Shown: positions 13,688 through 25,268 of the stretch, one piece after another
Layout: each line of letters begins with the position of its first letter
How positions within the stretch are numbered: position 1 is the stretch's first letter
Assembly: GCA_947457875.1 (NCBI GenBank)
Contig: CANGWV010000001.1
Coordinates: 1,770-65,769, forward strand
DNA length: 64,000 bases
Direction: 5' to 3'
Source of the DNA: Burkholderiaceae bacterium
GTDB lineage: Bacteria; Pseudomonadota; Gammaproteobacteria; Burkholderiales; Burkholderiaceae
Made by a program: the position numbers and the translations under genes
The notes under the pieces: model-generated
What the model saw: only the letters and a program-made list of their open reading frames with translations
Databases searched by the model: none
What the model was told of the DNA's origin: nothing

Positions 13688-14108
13688 ACCGATGACGGTT
13701 TTGGCTTTTGACTACGGAACACGGCGTATTGGTATAGCAGTCGGTAATTCGATCACAGCTTCAGGCCAAGCTTTACCCGTCATTACAGCAAAAAAAGATG
13801 GCAGTCACTTTACTCAGATAGCGGCCCTCATTGCCGAGTGGGCGCCCGATCACCTCGTGGTTGGCTTGCCATGCCACCCCGATGGCGCTGAGCATGCGAT
13901 GACCGTAAAAGCGCGGCGCTTCGGTCAACAATTACAGGGGCGTTTTGGAATTCCGTTGACCTGGGTGGATGAACGCTATACCTCGGCTGTTTTAGAGTCA
14001 GACCCCGCTATGCGCGACCAGCTTGATTCAGAGGCGGCGCGATTAATTGTGGAGCAGTTTTTTTTAGAGCAGGCGGCGCCGCAGAGCCATTCGCTGGGAT
14101 GCGGGTGA
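13680..14108 (+). CDS. ruvX: Holliday junction resolvase-like RuvX/YqgF
   Basis: LAFDYGTRRIGIA, VVGLP, VDERYTS; follows yqgE. Confidence 0.93.
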   Translation: MPKPMTVLAFDYGTRRIGIAVGNSITASGQALPVITAKKDGSHFTQIAALIAEWAPDHLVVGLPCHPDGAEHAMTVKARRFGQQLQGRFGIPLTWVDERYTSAVLESDPAMRDQLDSEAARLIVEQFFLEQAAPQSHSLGCG

Positions 14109-14194
14109 AATACCCAGCAAAACCCGCCGGTTATGCTGAGGTGGTCTTAAAATAGCGCTCAACGGAAACACAGTAGTAGCTAAGGACAACGACG

Positions 14195-14701
14195 ATGAAT
14201 GCTGAATTGCTGTACAACAAGTTGCTCGCCACACTGCAAGCTCAGCTCGTGGCAGAGCAGCCGCTTCAGCTTGCTGGACTTGCCGTTGGCGGCGCTTGGA
14301 TTGCGGAGCGCTTGGCGCGCGATTTAGGCCTAGCCCAGTATGGCGTGATTAATGTGGCCTTTCACCGAGACGATTATGCGGAAAAAGGCTTAAATGCGAT
14401 TCGCTCTGCAGAAACGATGGGCACCCACCTTCCCTTTGATGTGAACGGTGCGCACATCGTCCTCATCGATGATGTGTTGCTGACGGGTCGAACCGTTCGC
14501 GCAGCCCTGAATGAATTATTTGATTTTGGCAGACCTGCTGGTGTGGAGTTAATGGTGTTGGTTGATCGCGGCGGACGCGAGCTACCGATCACAGCGAATT
14601 TTGTTGGCCAGCATATGCAATTGCCGCCAAACCAAATTTTGGCCTTAGAAAAAACCCCGCAGGGTGGCTTTGAATTTACTCTCGAGGAGCGTGCAGCATG
14701 A
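14195..14701 (+). CDS. pyrR: Pyrimidine operon regulator / uracil phosphoribosyltransferase PyrR
   Basis: [33 protein letters not shown]. Confidence 0.93.
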   Translation: MNAELLYNKLLATLQAQLVAEQPLQLAGLAVGGAWIAERLARDLGLAQYGVINVAFHRDDYAEKGLNAIRSAETMGTHLPFDVNGAHIVLIDDVLLTGRTVRAALNELFDFGRPAGVELMVLVDRGGRELPITANFVGQHMQLPPNQILALEKTPQGGFEFTLEERAA

Positions 14702-15645
14702 TTCAGACGAATAGCGCGGGCCAGCTCACCCACCTGTTGACGCTCGAAGGCATGCCAAAAGAGCAAATTGTGCACATATTGGATACGGCGCAGCAGTTTG
14801 TCAGCATTTCCGATCCAACGCGTGAGGTAAAAAAAGTACCACTGCTGCGCGGCAAGAGCGTCTTTAACCTCTTTTTTGAAAATTCCACGCGCACCCGAAC
14901 GACCTTTGAGATTGCCGCCAAGCGCTTATCGGCCGATGTGATTAATTTGGATATCTCGACTTCATCGACCAACAAAGGCGAGAGCCTCATGGATACGATT
15001 GATAATTTAATTGCGATGCAGGCCGATATCTTTGTAGTGCGCCACAGCATATCGCGCGCACCGATTGAGATTGCCAATCACGTTCCGGATTACGTGCACG
15101 TCATTAATGCAGGGGATGGTAGTCATCAGCACCCCACGCAGGGTTTGCTGGATATGTTTACGATGCGCTACTTTAAACAGGACTTCACTAAGCTGAAGGT
15201 TGCGATTGTGGGCGACATTGCTCATAGCCGCGTTGCTAAATCGAATATTCATGCGCTTACAGCATTGGGCTGTACCGATATTCGGGCGATTGGCCCAGAA
15301 AGCCTCTTACCAAGCGATTTGGATATGCTCGGCGTGAAGGTGTATCACAGTATGGAAGAGGGTTTGCGTGGTGTCGATGTAGTGATGACCTTGCGCATTC
15401 AGAAGGAGCGCATGGAGGCAGGTAAGGTACCCGAAGGGGCTGCATTTTTTCAGCAGTTTGGCCTCACACCTGCGCGCTTGGCGCTCGCCAAGTCCGATGC
15501 GATTGTGATGCACCCCGGTCCCATGAACCGTGGTGTTGAGATCGATTCGGCAGTGGCCGATGGTGCGCATTCCGTGATTCTGAAACAAGTGACCTTCGGC
15601 ATCGCGGTGCGCATGGCAGTGATGTCGATCGTGGCTGGCAATTAA
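14698..15645 (+). CDS. pyrB: Aspartate carbamoyltransferase catalytic subunit
   Basis: [32 protein letters not shown]. Confidence 0.97.
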   Translation: MIQTNSAGQLTHLLTLEGMPKEQIVHILDTAQQFVSISDPTREVKKVPLLRGKSVFNLFFENSTRTRTTFEIAAKRLSADVINLDISTSSTNKGESLMDTIDNLIAMQADIFVVRHSISRAPIEIANHVPDYVHVINAGDGSHQHPTQGLLDMFTMRYFKQDFTKLKVAIVGDIAHSRVAKSNIHALTALGCTDIRAIGPESLLPSDLDMLGVKVYHSMEEGLRGVDVVMTLRIQKERMEAGKVPEGAAFFQQFGLTPARLALAKSDAIVMHPGPMNRGVEIDSAVADGAHSVILKQVTFGIAVRMAVMSIVAGN

Positions 15646-15664
15646 TCCGTACTGCTAGGGACCA

Positions 15665-17029
15665 ATGCCGAGTTCAACTATGAAGAGGCGCTGGCTGATT
15701 CTGTCGCACGCATTCAATATGGATGGCAGGGCAGCCAGTCAAACCATTACCGATAAGATTCCCTATTTTTTGGATGCCGGAATAGAGCCAACGGTGTTGA
15801 GTTCGATCACCGGGATTGAAGACAAGCGCTTTCTACATCGGCAGTTTTTAGCCTGGGGGCCAGCCGCATTTCGCTTTGACTTTCGGCATTGGATAGCAAA
15901 CCAGTATGGCCGAGGATGGCTTTATAAAGTCGTGACGCCACTGGTATCCATTGTGCTCGCCCCCTTTATTGCGATTGAAAAGGGCTTGCTGGGGTATTCC
16001 AGCCAATGGTCTTGGGCGATGCCGGCATTCATGCACGGCCGTAAACGCATACGCGCACAGCAAGTGGATCTGGTTTATTCCACCGGGGGAGCATGGTCAG
16101 CCCACTTGGCGGGCTTATGGCTGAAAAAGGCGACGGGCGTGTATTGGATGGCAGAGATTCATGACCCCTTGGTGATCCGTAGCAATCCAGATGATCTGGG
16201 TTTTGCAAGGCCAAAAAATCGTGACGCTCGATTACGTCAGTGGCTGGAGACGCAAATCTGCAAACACGCCGATCTGGCTTGGTGGTTTACGGATGGCGCC
16301 GTTCATTACGCCAAACTCCGCAATCCCCATTTAAATGAACCAGGCAATGCCAATGGGGTGATGGTCATTCCGGGCGCAGAGCCACCGGCTACTACTATTG
16401 GCAAGGGCGAGGCGAATCAGCTAAAGCCTCCAGCGGCTACGCATGCATATGGCAAGCACTTTACGATTAGCCATTTCGGCTCTTTGGCGAACAATCGCTC
16501 GATCTCCACGGTCTTGCACGCACTACCGGCTTTTTTTAATCGCTATCCACAAGCGCGAGGCGTGCTCCGCATCGATGTGTATGGTGCTAAGGTCGATGCA
16601 CTTACAACAGAAGCAATCCAGCAATACGGTTTTGAGGATGTGGTGATTGAGCACGGCCGGATTGAAAAAGACCCGGTAACGGGGCAATCTGGGCGCGAAC
16701 GCATTGCCGAGCGCATGCAGGTTGCCGATGTGCTGCTCTTGCTGCATGGCGATGATGAGTGGTGCTCGGAGTACATTCCCTCGAAGATGTACGAGTACTT
16801 TTGGATGGGCCGGCCTATTTGGGCGATTACCCACCGTAATCCGCAGATGAACCAATTGCTAGCAGAGCGTCATGCCTACATTAGTGCGGCTGACGATACA
16901 TCCTCGATAGATCAGACCCTGGAGCAGCTGTGGTTGGACTGGCAACAGCAAAACCTCGCACCATTAGCCTGGCAGCCGATTGGGGTCGATCAGGCAGCCA
17001 AACGAATCTTAGAATTGGTAGCGGCATAG
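15665..17029 (+). CDS. Putative GT-B (family 4-like) glycosyltransferase
   Basis: VYSTGG, EIHDP, ADVLLLL...EYIPSKMYEYF nucleotide-sugar-binding motif. Confidence 0.7.
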   Translation: MPSSTMKRRWLILSHAFNMDGRAASQTITDKIPYFLDAGIEPTVLSSITGIEDKRFLHRQFLAWGPAAFRFDFRHWIANQYGRGWLYKVVTPLVSIVLAPFIAIEKGLLGYSSQWSWAMPAFMHGRKRIRAQQVDLVYSTGGAWSAHLAGLWLKKATGVYWMAEIHDPLVIRSNPDDLGFARPKNRDARLRQWLETQICKHADLAWWFTDGAVHYAKLRNPHLNEPGNANGVMVIPGAEPPATTIGKGEANQLKPPAATHAYGKHFTISHFGSLANNRSISTVLHALPAFFNRYPQARGVLRIDVYGAKVDALTTEAIQQYGFEDVVIEHGRIEKDPVTGQSGRERIAERMQVADVLLLLHGDDEWCSEYIPSKMYEYFWMGRPIWAITHRNPQMNQLLAERHAYISAADDTSSIDQTLEQLWLDWQQQNLAPLAWQPIGVDQAAKRILELVAA

Positions 17030-17091
17030 TCGGTGATATTGTCAGTGATATTGTCTCCATACATAAATCAACATAGTTCAGTACTTTTCCT

Positions 17092-18030
17092 ATGACTAAA
17101 TCACTCCTACGCAATCTCGTTCTATACAGCTGCACCTTTAGAAAAGATCTATTGCGCACAGTCAAGTTAGCGCAGAGCATTCAACAGCACAATACCACCG
17201 GCATCCCGTTTTATGTGTCGGTTCCAGAAGAGGATGTATCGCTCTTTCAGGAGCACTTGGCACCATTTGAGGCGATGGTCTTTAATGAAAAAGAGATTTT
17301 TGAGAAAAATCCCAAATTAGATATAGAACGGCTATATCAAATTCGGGGTGGCCTGCGTCAGCAGGTCATCAAGTCTGAGTTTTGGCGTCTTGGTTTGTCT
17401 GAGAATTATTTGGTGCTGGATGCAGATTGTGTTTTTATTCGTGACTTTGATGAGCGCGATTTTATTGCCCATGAAACCGTTCCTTACTCCGTCATTCATG
17501 AAGGCAGGGATATGCTGCAGGCAACCGATCGGTTTGGCCCCAAGCAAATACGGGGGCATTTTTTAAATGACCGCGAGCCGATTAAAGCGGTATTAGGGAG
17601 GACTGGCGTAACCTATGATTTTGGCTACGCCCCCTTTTTATGGAGCTCCGCAGTATGGCAATCCCTGGATGAAAATTACCTTACCCCAAACCAGATGAAT
17701 TTTTTAGATGCGGTTGAGCTGTGTGGCTCTGAGTTCACCTGGTACGGTGAATCGCTCGTGAACTTTAGGGCAATCCCCATTTATCCACGCGAGCAACTCT
17801 TTAAGCACTACCACTATGAGCATCAACTGTGGGCAGATCAACTGCTAGGCTATACAGAAAAAATCCTTGCCAAAGATTATCTGGGCGTGGTCTACCAATC
17901 CAATTGGGAGAGTTGGGGTGACTACGGCCCCAGCAATAAAAAAGTAAGTTCGCAACTACTACGGTCTGCCAAGCGCGTAGTGAAAAAAATAGCCTTTAAA
18001 TTGCGCGTACTCCCCCGAATACTGCGATGA
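17092..18030 (+). CDS. DUF6492-like putative GT-A glycosyltransferase
   Basis: QQVIKSEFW and YLVLDADCVF (DxD); located in the glycan cluster. Confidence 0.6.
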   Translation: MTKSLLRNLVLYSCTFRKDLLRTVKLAQSIQQHNTTGIPFYVSVPEEDVSLFQEHLAPFEAMVFNEKEIFEKNPKLDIERLYQIRGGLRQQVIKSEFWRLGLSENYLVLDADCVFIRDFDERDFIAHETVPYSVIHEGRDMLQATDRFGPKQIRGHFLNDREPIKAVLGRTGVTYDFGYAPFLWSSAVWQSLDENYLTPNQMNFLDAVELCGSEFTWYGESLVNFRAIPIYPREQLFKHYHYEHQLWADQLLGYTEKILAKDYLGVVYQSNWESWGDYGPSNKKVSSQLLRSAKRVVKKIAFKLRVLPRILR

Positions 18031-18887
18031 GCGAACCCTTGCTAGACTTATCCGCAGTGACCTTGCTTTGCGTTGAGACTAGGGATCCAGCACTAGCCCA
18101 CTTTGCGATTCAAAAATGCACAGATCGGGCTCGCTTTAGTAAGGTTGTGCTGATTACCGATCTAGCTAAGTTAGGTAATCCCGAAGAAAATCAGGCGGGC
18201 GAACAGAAATCGGATCAAGGGCCTCAAAGGTTAAATGGTATTGAGTACGTAGAGGCTCCATCCATTAAAACAACCAAAGACTATTCTCATTTTCTACTAA
18301 CGGGGCTGCGGCAATATGTCCCTAGCTCGCACGTTTTGATTATTCAATGGGATAGTTTCATTATTCATCCAGAGTTATGGACAGATGACTTTTTAAAATA
18401 CGATTACATAGGTGCCGTATGGCCACACCATCCTGAAACGCCAGTTGGCAATGGTGGGTTTTCACTCCGGTCGGTAAAGTTGCTTGATGCTCTCATAAGC
18501 CCAGACATTCCCAAGCGCCATCCAGAGGATATTTGCATCTGCATTGACAACAGAGCGCGCTTAGAGAAGAAGTTTGATATTCGATTTGCACCCACTGCAG
18601 TTGCGGAGAAATTTGCTGTGGAGCGCAGCCCCTGGTATCCTGCATTTGGTTTTCATGGCTTTTTTAATTTTGCACGCGCGCTGAATCATCAGCAGTTATC
18701 TCACTTCCTGAGCATATTGCCGGATGACTATTTAGGCGCAGTTGATACATACGACCTGATCAATGACTTGCTAGATAAAGGCAACTACACGGCAGCCAAT
18801 ACGATTTTTAAAAAAACAAAATTTACGTGGAAAATGAGAAGACAATACATCCATACTTTTTGTAAATTTATTTTTAGAAAGAATTAA
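18027..18887 (+). CDS. DUF5672-like putative glycosyltransferase
   Basis: VLIIQWDSFI, YDYIGAVW, VGNGGFSLRS, PEDICIC. Confidence 0.7.
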   Translation: MSEPLLDLSAVTLLCVETRDPALAHFAIQKCTDRARFSKVVLITDLAKLGNPEENQAGEQKSDQGPQRLNGIEYVEAPSIKTTKDYSHFLLTGLRQYVPSSHVLIIQWDSFIIHPELWTDDFLKYDYIGAVWPHHPETPVGNGGFSLRSVKLLDALISPDIPKRHPEDICICIDNRARLEKKFDIRFAPTAVAEKFAVERSPWYPAFGFHGFFNFARALNHQQLSHFLSILPDDYLGAVDTYDLINDLLDKGNYTAANTIFKKTKFTWKMRRQYIHTFCKFIFRKN

Positions 18888-18889
18888 AA

Positions 18890-20401
18890 GTGGCCACATT
18901 GCCTGCCATCAATCAATTTTTTAAAAAATCCAATGGCCTAGTTCTTGTATTGATGAGCTCACTCCTATTGGGCATTTGGGCTGTTGAGAGCACAATAGCA
19001 TTACGAAACATTCTGCTGTGGGTTGGCGGATTGGCATCACTCTACTACTGGTTTCATTTTTACGCAGAGCTGAATAAAAAGAAAATACAACTGCATTTGC
19101 ATTTTTTAGTCTACCTAGCCCTTGGTCTTGTGGCGGCGATGATGGTATGGGTACTGGTGCACTATCTTTTTTTTACAATTGATCCACAACGTCAGTTCCA
19201 TGAACTAAAAAGTACGTGGCTGCGAGCATCCCTTGCCATTGCACTCGGCTCTGCCACGGGACTCTGCCTTTTGAGGAATAGACGGTATTTGCCCATTTTG
19301 TGGCTGGGCTTGCTGTGCAGTTTTTTTGTGTTGATTTATCAATACATCCCCAAAGCATTATCGAACAACAGCTTTTTTGGTACCGACTACTACGGCGACT
19401 ATATTTACTGGGCAAAGTTTAATGGTGTGCTCGCCGGCACACTGCTGATTGCAGGTCTTTTGGGTTTATTGATTGATCAATTCGTATCGGTGCCCAAGCG
19501 CTCTAATTTAGGCAATGCGTCAAATAAGCAAAAATGGATCGCTGAAAATGGCGCGCAGACGAATGTGTTTGCAGCCCCTGAAGGTCAGCAAGATTACCTT
19601 ATTCCAGCATATTCATTATTGGGCATTTTTGTTGCGGTTTATTCTTTTGTTTTTATTTTTGATGCAAAGGCAGGAGTTGGCCTAGCGATCATATTGATAG
19701 TGTTTTGGATTGGGTTTGGCCTCATTCACCTACTGAAGAATGCTAGTCACCCGCTCTATCGGGATTCCATTTCTAGCATCAGTCGGAAGGCCCTGCTTTT
19801 CTTTATGCTGATATTGGCGGTGCTGACACTGTTGACATACAAGCACGTGAAAAACAATCCGGGCTGGGAAAACTTGTTTACGGATATAGCGATCTCAGCG
19901 GATGTTGAAAAATACACCAATTGGCATAACCCAGTAAAACTCGGCTACCCTTTGCGCGAGAGTGGCGAATCGGTTCGACCGAACACCTATGAAAGGGTTT
20001 CGTGGGGGGTTGTAGGGTTGCAACTGATACAGGAGCAGCCTTTTGGTTATGGTGTTTTCCGATCGTTTGCGCAGCAATTGCGAGGCAAAGTGGATAACTT
20101 TACAAGCGCGGTATACACCCATTCCGGTTGGATTGATCTTGGCCTTGCCTTCGGAGTTCCTGGACTCGTTCTATTGCCCCTTGCTATCCTGCTGCTACTG
20201 CTCAATGCCATTCTGACGGGGCGCCACCCGTTTCGCGGAACCATCATCAGTATCTGTGTTGCCTTGTTGGTTTTATACAGCGTTGGAGAGTACGCGTTTC
20301 AGCATGGCATAGAAATATTATTGTATTTTTGTGGATTCTTATTGGCGCTATCGATGTGGACATATCGCAATTCAGAATTAGATGAACTTTCCGCTGGATA
20401 G
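18890..20401 (+). CDS. O-antigen ligase family (WaaL-like) membrane protein
   Basis: About 12 hydrophobic segments, periplasmic loop with ERVSW...PFGYG and HSGWIDLGLAFGVPGL. Confidence 0.7.
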   Translation: MATLPAINQFFKKSNGLVLVLMSSLLLGIWAVESTIALRNILLWVGGLASLYYWFHFYAELNKKKIQLHLHFLVYLALGLVAAMMVWVLVHYLFFTIDPQRQFHELKSTWLRASLAIALGSATGLCLLRNRRYLPILWLGLLCSFFVLIYQYIPKALSNNSFFGTDYYGDYIYWAKFNGVLAGTLLIAGLLGLLIDQFVSVPKRSNLGNASNKQKWIAENGAQTNVFAAPEGQQDYLIPAYSLLGIFVAVYSFVFIFDAKAGVGLAIILIVFWIGFGLIHLLKNASHPLYRDSISSISRKALLFFMLILAVLTLLTYKHVKNNPGWENLFTDIAISADVEKYTNWHNPVKLGYPLRESGESVRPNTYERVSWGVVGLQLIQEQPFGYGVFRSFAQQLRGKVDNFTSAVYTHSGWIDLGLAFGVPGLVLLPLAILLLLLNAILTGRHPFRGTIISICVALLVLYSVGEYAFQHGIEILLYFCGFLLALSMWTYRNSELDELSAG

Positions 20402-20428
20402 TATGCAATCCCTACTTTAATTCACCTG

Positions 20429-21433
20429 CTAATCCGTTTGATTCAAGATTTGCTGTGCTCTGCGACCGAATTCAAGTAAAAGGCGGGACTCATTTTCTGA
20501 GGAATAGTATTCAGATAAATGATGTAGCTGTTCTTGATAGGCCTGGCTCCCAATAATGAGTTGGAGTTGATTGATCGAATTTTTTACACTTCCTATAAAA
20601 TTAATCAAGTCGCCGCAATGTACTTCTGTGAATATGGGTGGCTTAAAATATTCTTTAGCCCCCTCGCCGGTATAGCCAATAACCAAATTACCTGCCAATG
20701 CCGCCTCAATTGGCGGCAAGGCAAATCCCTCTGCTTCGCAAAAGGATAAAAAGATGGAGCTTTCTTTTAACAACGCAACAACCTCTTGCTCCGATTTATT
20801 ATCGATCGCAACAAGTTTCCAGCCCTCTGGAAGCGATTGCTCTAAAAAAAAGTGAATCATTTCTGCATGCCGAGTAAGTTTCCTTGGCATATAAGTGATA
20901 ATTTTTTTCTTAGAGAGGCATTGATCCTTAAATGCCTCGGCGATGTTTGGTATTACCCTACAAATCTTGTTTTGATTAAGGTTTGGAAAAGATAACTTAA
21001 GAACCTCTGTTGTATCCTCTGAAATAGATAGAATTAAATCTGCTTTTTCATAGACTGTATTTAACAATGGAATGTTTTTTTTGCCGCCTTGATGAATCAT
21101 GTATCCATTTTGTACAAAGATTCCATACCTTAATTTTCGTTGAATGCATTGGGCTCCAATCTGATTTGCCCAAACCTCAGGAATAACAATAAAATCCGAT
21201 TTTGGATTAAAAGGTTTTTTTTCGTACATCACATGTTTCTTGCGAAACCATTTTCTTTTTCCACTGCGAATAACGGCATTGTGGTTAAACCAATTACATG
21301 AAAAAGAGGCATCGTCAGGATGAAATATCGAGCTAGATATTCCAGCCTCGTTTAACATTTCGGAGTGACGGTAAATTACTTTGATCCCACCAATGGGTAT
21401 GTTGACTGCGGGTGATAAGTAAACAATTTCCAT
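20429..21433 (-). CDS. Putative glycosyltransferase (GT-B)
   Basis: GGIKVIYRH N-terminus; EGFALPPIEA (EX7E) motif; low GC. Confidence 0.75.
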   Translation of the reverse strand: MEIVYLSPAVNIPIGGIKVIYRHSEMLNEAGISSSIFHPDDASFSCNWFNHNAVIRSGKRKWFRKKHVMYEKKPFNPKSDFIVIPEVWANQIGAQCIQRKLRYGIFVQNGYMIHQGGKKNIPLLNTVYEKADLILSISEDTTEVLKLSFPNLNQNKICRVIPNIAEAFKDQCLSKKKIITYMPRKLTRHAEMIHFFLEQSLPEGWKLVAIDNKSEQEVVALLKESSIFLSFCEAEGFALPPIEAALAGNLVIGYTGEGAKEYFKPPIFTEVHCGDLINFIGSVKNSINQLQLIIGSQAYQEQLHHLSEYYSSENESRLLLEFGRRAQQILNQTD

Positions 21434-21601
21434 TTCAGGCTTATAGGGTTCTTGGTTGTTAAGTAGGCAATCGGGTTCGCGTTAGTTAGGATCAGTATAT
21501 TTTAAGACTCTAGTACCGGCACGCTAAGCCTATAATGACTTATTCCAATGTTGTAAAAAGTTTTCTTGTATGCCATATCAATGTATTGCAGGAGCCATCA
21601 A

Positions 21602-22660
21602 TTGATACTAATAACGGGTGGAGCAGGTTTCATCGGCGGTAATTTTGTGCTGGATTGGCTGGCCGATCCGACTGCGGAAAGTGTTGTCAATTTAGATAAG
21701 TTAACCTACGCCGGTAATTTAGCAACTTTAGAGGCGCTTGAGGGTGACTCCCGCCATACTTTTGTGCAGGGCGACATTGGCGATCAGCAGTTGGTTACCG
21801 ATCTACTAAAAACACACCAGCCGCGCGCCATCGTGCATTTTGCTGCTGAGAGCCACGTTGATCGCTCGATTCATGGTCCGGCCGAATTTGTGCAAACCAA
21901 TATTGTGGGCACGTTTAATTTACTGGAATGCGCAAGGGCCTATTGGAATGGGCTAGATGAAAGCAAAAAAGCAGGCTTTCGCTTTCATCACGTTTCGACG
22001 GATGAGGTCTATGGCTCCTTATCGGCAAGCGATCCGGCCTTTACAGAAACCCATCCGTATGAGCCCAATAGTCCTTACTCTGCCTCCAAAGCGGCGTCGG
22101 ACCATTTGGTGCGGGCCTGGTTTCATACCTATGGTTTGCCCGTCATCACCAGCAATTGCTCGAACAATTACGGCCCGTATCACTTTCCAGAAAAGCTCAT
22201 CCCCTTAGTCATTCTCAATGCCCTAGGCAATAAACCATTACCGATTTACGGTGATGGACAGCAAGTGCGGGATTGGTTATACGTTCGCGATCACTGCGCT
22301 GCTATTCGGGCTGTGTTGGCAAAAGGCAAGCTCGGCGAAACCTATAACATCGGCGGTTGGAATGAAAAAACCAATCTAGAAGTGGTGCAAAGCATTTGCC
22401 GTATTTTGGATGAATGCAAACCCAGGGCGGATGGCAAATCGTATGCCGAGCAAATTACCTTTGTCAAAGACCGCCCCGGGCACGATCGCCGCTACGCAAT
22501 TGATGCGAGCAAACTAAAGCGGGAGTTGGACTGGCGTCCGGCCGAAAGCTTTGATAGCGGTATTCGTAAAACAGTGCGATGGTATTTAGATAACCCAGCG
22601 TGGGTTGAAGGCATAGTCAGCGGATCCTATCGCGACTGGCTACAAAAGCAATATAGCTAA
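21602..22660 (+). CDS. rfbB: dTDP-glucose 4,6-dehydratase
   Basis: [38 protein letters not shown]; TTG start after a GGAG RBS. Confidence 0.97.
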   Translation: MILITGGAGFIGGNFVLDWLADPTAESVVNLDKLTYAGNLATLEALEGDSRHTFVQGDIGDQQLVTDLLKTHQPRAIVHFAAESHVDRSIHGPAEFVQTNIVGTFNLLECARAYWNGLDESKKAGFRFHHVSTDEVYGSLSASDPAFTETHPYEPNSPYSASKAASDHLVRAWFHTYGLPVITSNCSNNYGPYHFPEKLIPLVILNALGNKPLPIYGDGQQVRDWLYVRDHCAAIRAVLAKGKLGETYNIGGWNEKTNLEVVQSICRILDECKPRADGKSYAEQITFVKDRPGHDRRYAIDASKLKRELDWRPAESFDSGIRKTVRWYLDNPAWVEGIVSGSYRDWLQKQYS

Positions 22661-22693
22661 GCACACAAGCACTTAAACACATAAACAAGCCAG

Positions 22694-23671
22694 ATGAACA
22701 TTCTCATTTTCGGCAAAGATGGTCAGCTGGGTAAGGCATTGCAAGCCACCTTTGAAGCCAGCACCGCCTTTGCTTGTAAAGACGGAGTCCGTTTTGTTTA
22801 CCTTGGGCGGGCTGAGTGCGATTTGAGTAAGCCAGATGCAGTGAGCGCCGCACTAGATCAATTCAGGCCCGATTGCATCATTAATGCTGCAGCGTACACG
22901 GCAGTCGATGCCGCCGAGACCAACGAGCTGCTTGCCAATGCCATCAATGCAGGCGCGCCGGAGCGCATGGCCCACTACGCAGTTCAGCATGGCGCCACTT
23001 TTTTGCACTATTCCACCGACTATGTGTTTGATGGCAGCAAGGAAGGCCCCTATCGAGAGACCGATGCGCGCAATCCCCTAGGGGCATATGGCAAAAGCAA
23101 GGCCGCCGGTGAGTGTGCGATCGAGCATGCCTTTTTGCATGCGACGCAGGGGCGGTACGCTATTTTTAGAACCAGCTGGGTGTATGGTGAGGGCAGTAAT
23201 TTTATTCGGACGATGCTGCGCTTGGCGCAAGAGCGTGATGAGCTCAAGGTGATTGCAGATCAGTACGGAGTACCAACTTCTGCTGCGTGGTTGGCAGAGG
23301 TAAGTACAGCTTTGGCATTTGATCGCCATGGCGCGCTGCGCTCCTTTCCATCGGGCATTTACCACGCGGTACCCGCAGGCGAGACCAGTTGGCATGGACT
23401 GGCATGCTGGGCTGTGCAAGAGGCTAGCCAGGCGGGCATGCAGCTCAAAATCGACACCGGGGCAATTCTGCCGATTCCGGCAAGCGCGTATCCATTGCCA
23501 GCGCCGCGGCCGATGAATTCACGAATGCAAACCACGAAGTTACTGCAGCAATTGGAGGCCCAAGCCGATGTGTCAGAATGGGGCTATGGCGCTGTTGCCT
23601 TGCTCCGTACCCCTTGGAATGTTGGCGTCACGGATTATGTGCGCACTATTGCGCGGCAGCACACAGCTTAA
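22694..23671 (+). CDS. rfbD: dTDP-4-dehydrorhamnose reductase
   Basis: GKDGQLG, NAAAYTAVD, STDYVFDG, YGKSK, PAPRP. Confidence 0.96.
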   Translation: MNILIFGKDGQLGKALQATFEASTAFACKDGVRFVYLGRAECDLSKPDAVSAALDQFRPDCIINAAAYTAVDAAETNELLANAINAGAPERMAHYAVQHGATFLHYSTDYVFDGSKEGPYRETDARNPLGAYGKSKAAGECAIEHAFLHATQGRYAIFRTSWVYGEGSNFIRTMLRLAQERDELKVIADQYGVPTSAAWLAEVSTALAFDRHGALRSFPSGIYHAVPAGETSWHGLACWAVQEASQAGMQLKIDTGAILPIPASAYPLPAPRPMNSRMQTTKLLQQLEAQADVSEWGYGAVALLRTPWNVGVTDYVRTIARQHTA

Positions 23672-23695
23672 GTACCGATTAAAAAGGCAGTCACT

Positions 23696-24613
23696 ATGGC
23701 AGTAAATCGAAAAGGCATTATTTTGGCAGGCGGCTCTGGAACACGGCTATATCCAGTCACGCAGGCTATCTCCAAACAGCTCATGCCGGTCTACGATAAG
23801 CCAATGGTGTATTACCCCTTGGCCACATTTATGTTGGCAGGCATTCGGGATATTTTGCTGATCTCCACGCCGCACGATACCCCCCGTTTTGCCGAGTTGC
23901 TGGGTGACGGTTCGCAGTGGGGCCTATCCATTCAATACTGTGAGCAGCCTTCGCCAGATGGCTTAGCCCAGGCCTTCACCCTGGGCAAATCCTTTGTCGG
24001 CAACAACCCCAGCGCCCTCGTTTTGGGCGACAACATTTTTTATGGTCATGAGTTAGTGAGTCAACTCGATAGTGCAAATGATCGTACGGCTGGCGCTACG
24101 GTATTTGCTTACCATGTCAATGATCCAGAGCGCTACGGCGTAGTCGACTTTGATCAAAACAACAAAGCCTTGTCAATCGAGGAAAAACCAACCCAGCCAC
24201 GCAGTAATTACGCGGTAACCGGTTTGTATTTTTATGACAATCAGGTATGCGATATCGCCGCTTCGATTCAGCCCAGCGCCCGTGGCGAACTTGAAATCAC
24301 CGACGTGAATCGGACTTATCTGGAGCGCGGCGAACTCCATGTCGAAATCATGGGCCGTGGTTTTGCTTGGCTTGATACCGGTACTCATGATTCTTTACTT
24401 GATGCGGCCGGATTTATTGCCACCCTGCAAAAGCGCCAAGGCCTGATGGTGGCTTGCCCTGAAGAGATTGCCTATCGTCAAGGCTGGATTAGTGCTGAAG
24501 CAGTAGAGCAGGTAGCGGCGCGCCTGAGTAAAAACAGTTACGGTCAGTACCTCACCAAGATACTCCACGAACTTAATGCAGGCGGCCGGACTACGCGCTT
24601 GCCACCCCAGTGA
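23696..24613 (+). CDS. rfbA: Glucose-1-phosphate thymidylyltransferase
   Basis: [43 protein letters not shown]. Confidence 0.97.
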   Translation: MAVNRKGIILAGGSGTRLYPVTQAISKQLMPVYDKPMVYYPLATFMLAGIRDILLISTPHDTPRFAELLGDGSQWGLSIQYCEQPSPDGLAQAFTLGKSFVGNNPSALVLGDNIFYGHELVSQLDSANDRTAGATVFAYHVNDPERYGVVDFDQNNKALSIEEKPTQPRSNYAVTGLYFYDNQVCDIAASIQPSARGELEITDVNRTYLERGELHVEIMGRGFAWLDTGTHDSLLDAAGFIATLQKRQGLMVACPEEIAYRQGWISAEAVEQVAARLSKNSYGQYLTKILHELNAGGRTTRLPPQ

Positions 24614-24617
24614 GGAC

Positions 24618-25190
24618 ATGATGCCAAGTGATACAGGCAAGCTAAAGATAACGCCTACGTCGATACCCGAGGTATTGCTTATCGAGCCAACCGTATTTGG
24701 CGATAACCGGGGCTGGTTTACCGAGTCCTTTAATGCGAACGACTTTGCCAAGGCAACTGGCCTTGAGGTGCAGTTTGTACAGGACAACCACTCCTTTTCT
24801 CGGCAATGGACTTTGCGCGGAATGCATTATCAAATGGAGCACACCCAAGGCAAGTTGGTGCGCGTCATTGCTGGCAGTGTGTTTGATGTTGCAGTCGATT
24901 TGCGTCAAGCGGCTGCAACGTTTGGCCAATGGGTGGGTGTGGAGCTCAGCGCGCAAAATCACAAACAGCTGTGGGTGCCACCGGGCTTTGCCCATGGGTT
25001 TTTGGTTTTGTCAGAAACGGCTGAGTTTGTCTATAAGACAACGGATTACTACCATCCCGAGAGTGAAGTGTGCCTTTCGTGGTGCGATCCCCAAGTGGCG
25101 ATCCAGTGGCCAATTCCGCTGGGCAAGCAAGCCCTCTTAAATGCCAAGGACGCGGCTGGTTTGGCCTTGCAGCGGGCGCCCACGTTTTAA
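24618..25190 (+). CDS. rfbC: dTDP-4-dehydrorhamnose 3,5-epimerase
   Basis: FGDNRGWF, VQDNHS, LRGMHYQ, QGKLVR, GFAHGF. Confidence 0.96.
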   Translation: MMPSDTGKLKITPTSIPEVLLIEPTVFGDNRGWFTESFNANDFAKATGLEVQFVQDNHSFSRQWTLRGMHYQMEHTQGKLVRVIAGSVFDVAVDLRQAAATFGQWVGVELSAQNHKQLWVPPGFAHGFLVLSETAEFVYKTTDYYHPESEVCLSWCDPQVAIQWPIPLGKQALLNAKDAAGLALQRAPTF

Positions 25191-25268
25191 TTTGCCAAGG
25201 TCCTTCGGTGACTATGGCTAAGTGAAGAGACTAGGTTCAGGCACCATAAACCATACGATAATCCAGGG

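Noticed and set aside
17033-17055. Tandem 11-bp repeat GTGATATTGTC x2
   Set aside because: Only two copies, intergenic, no supporting context.
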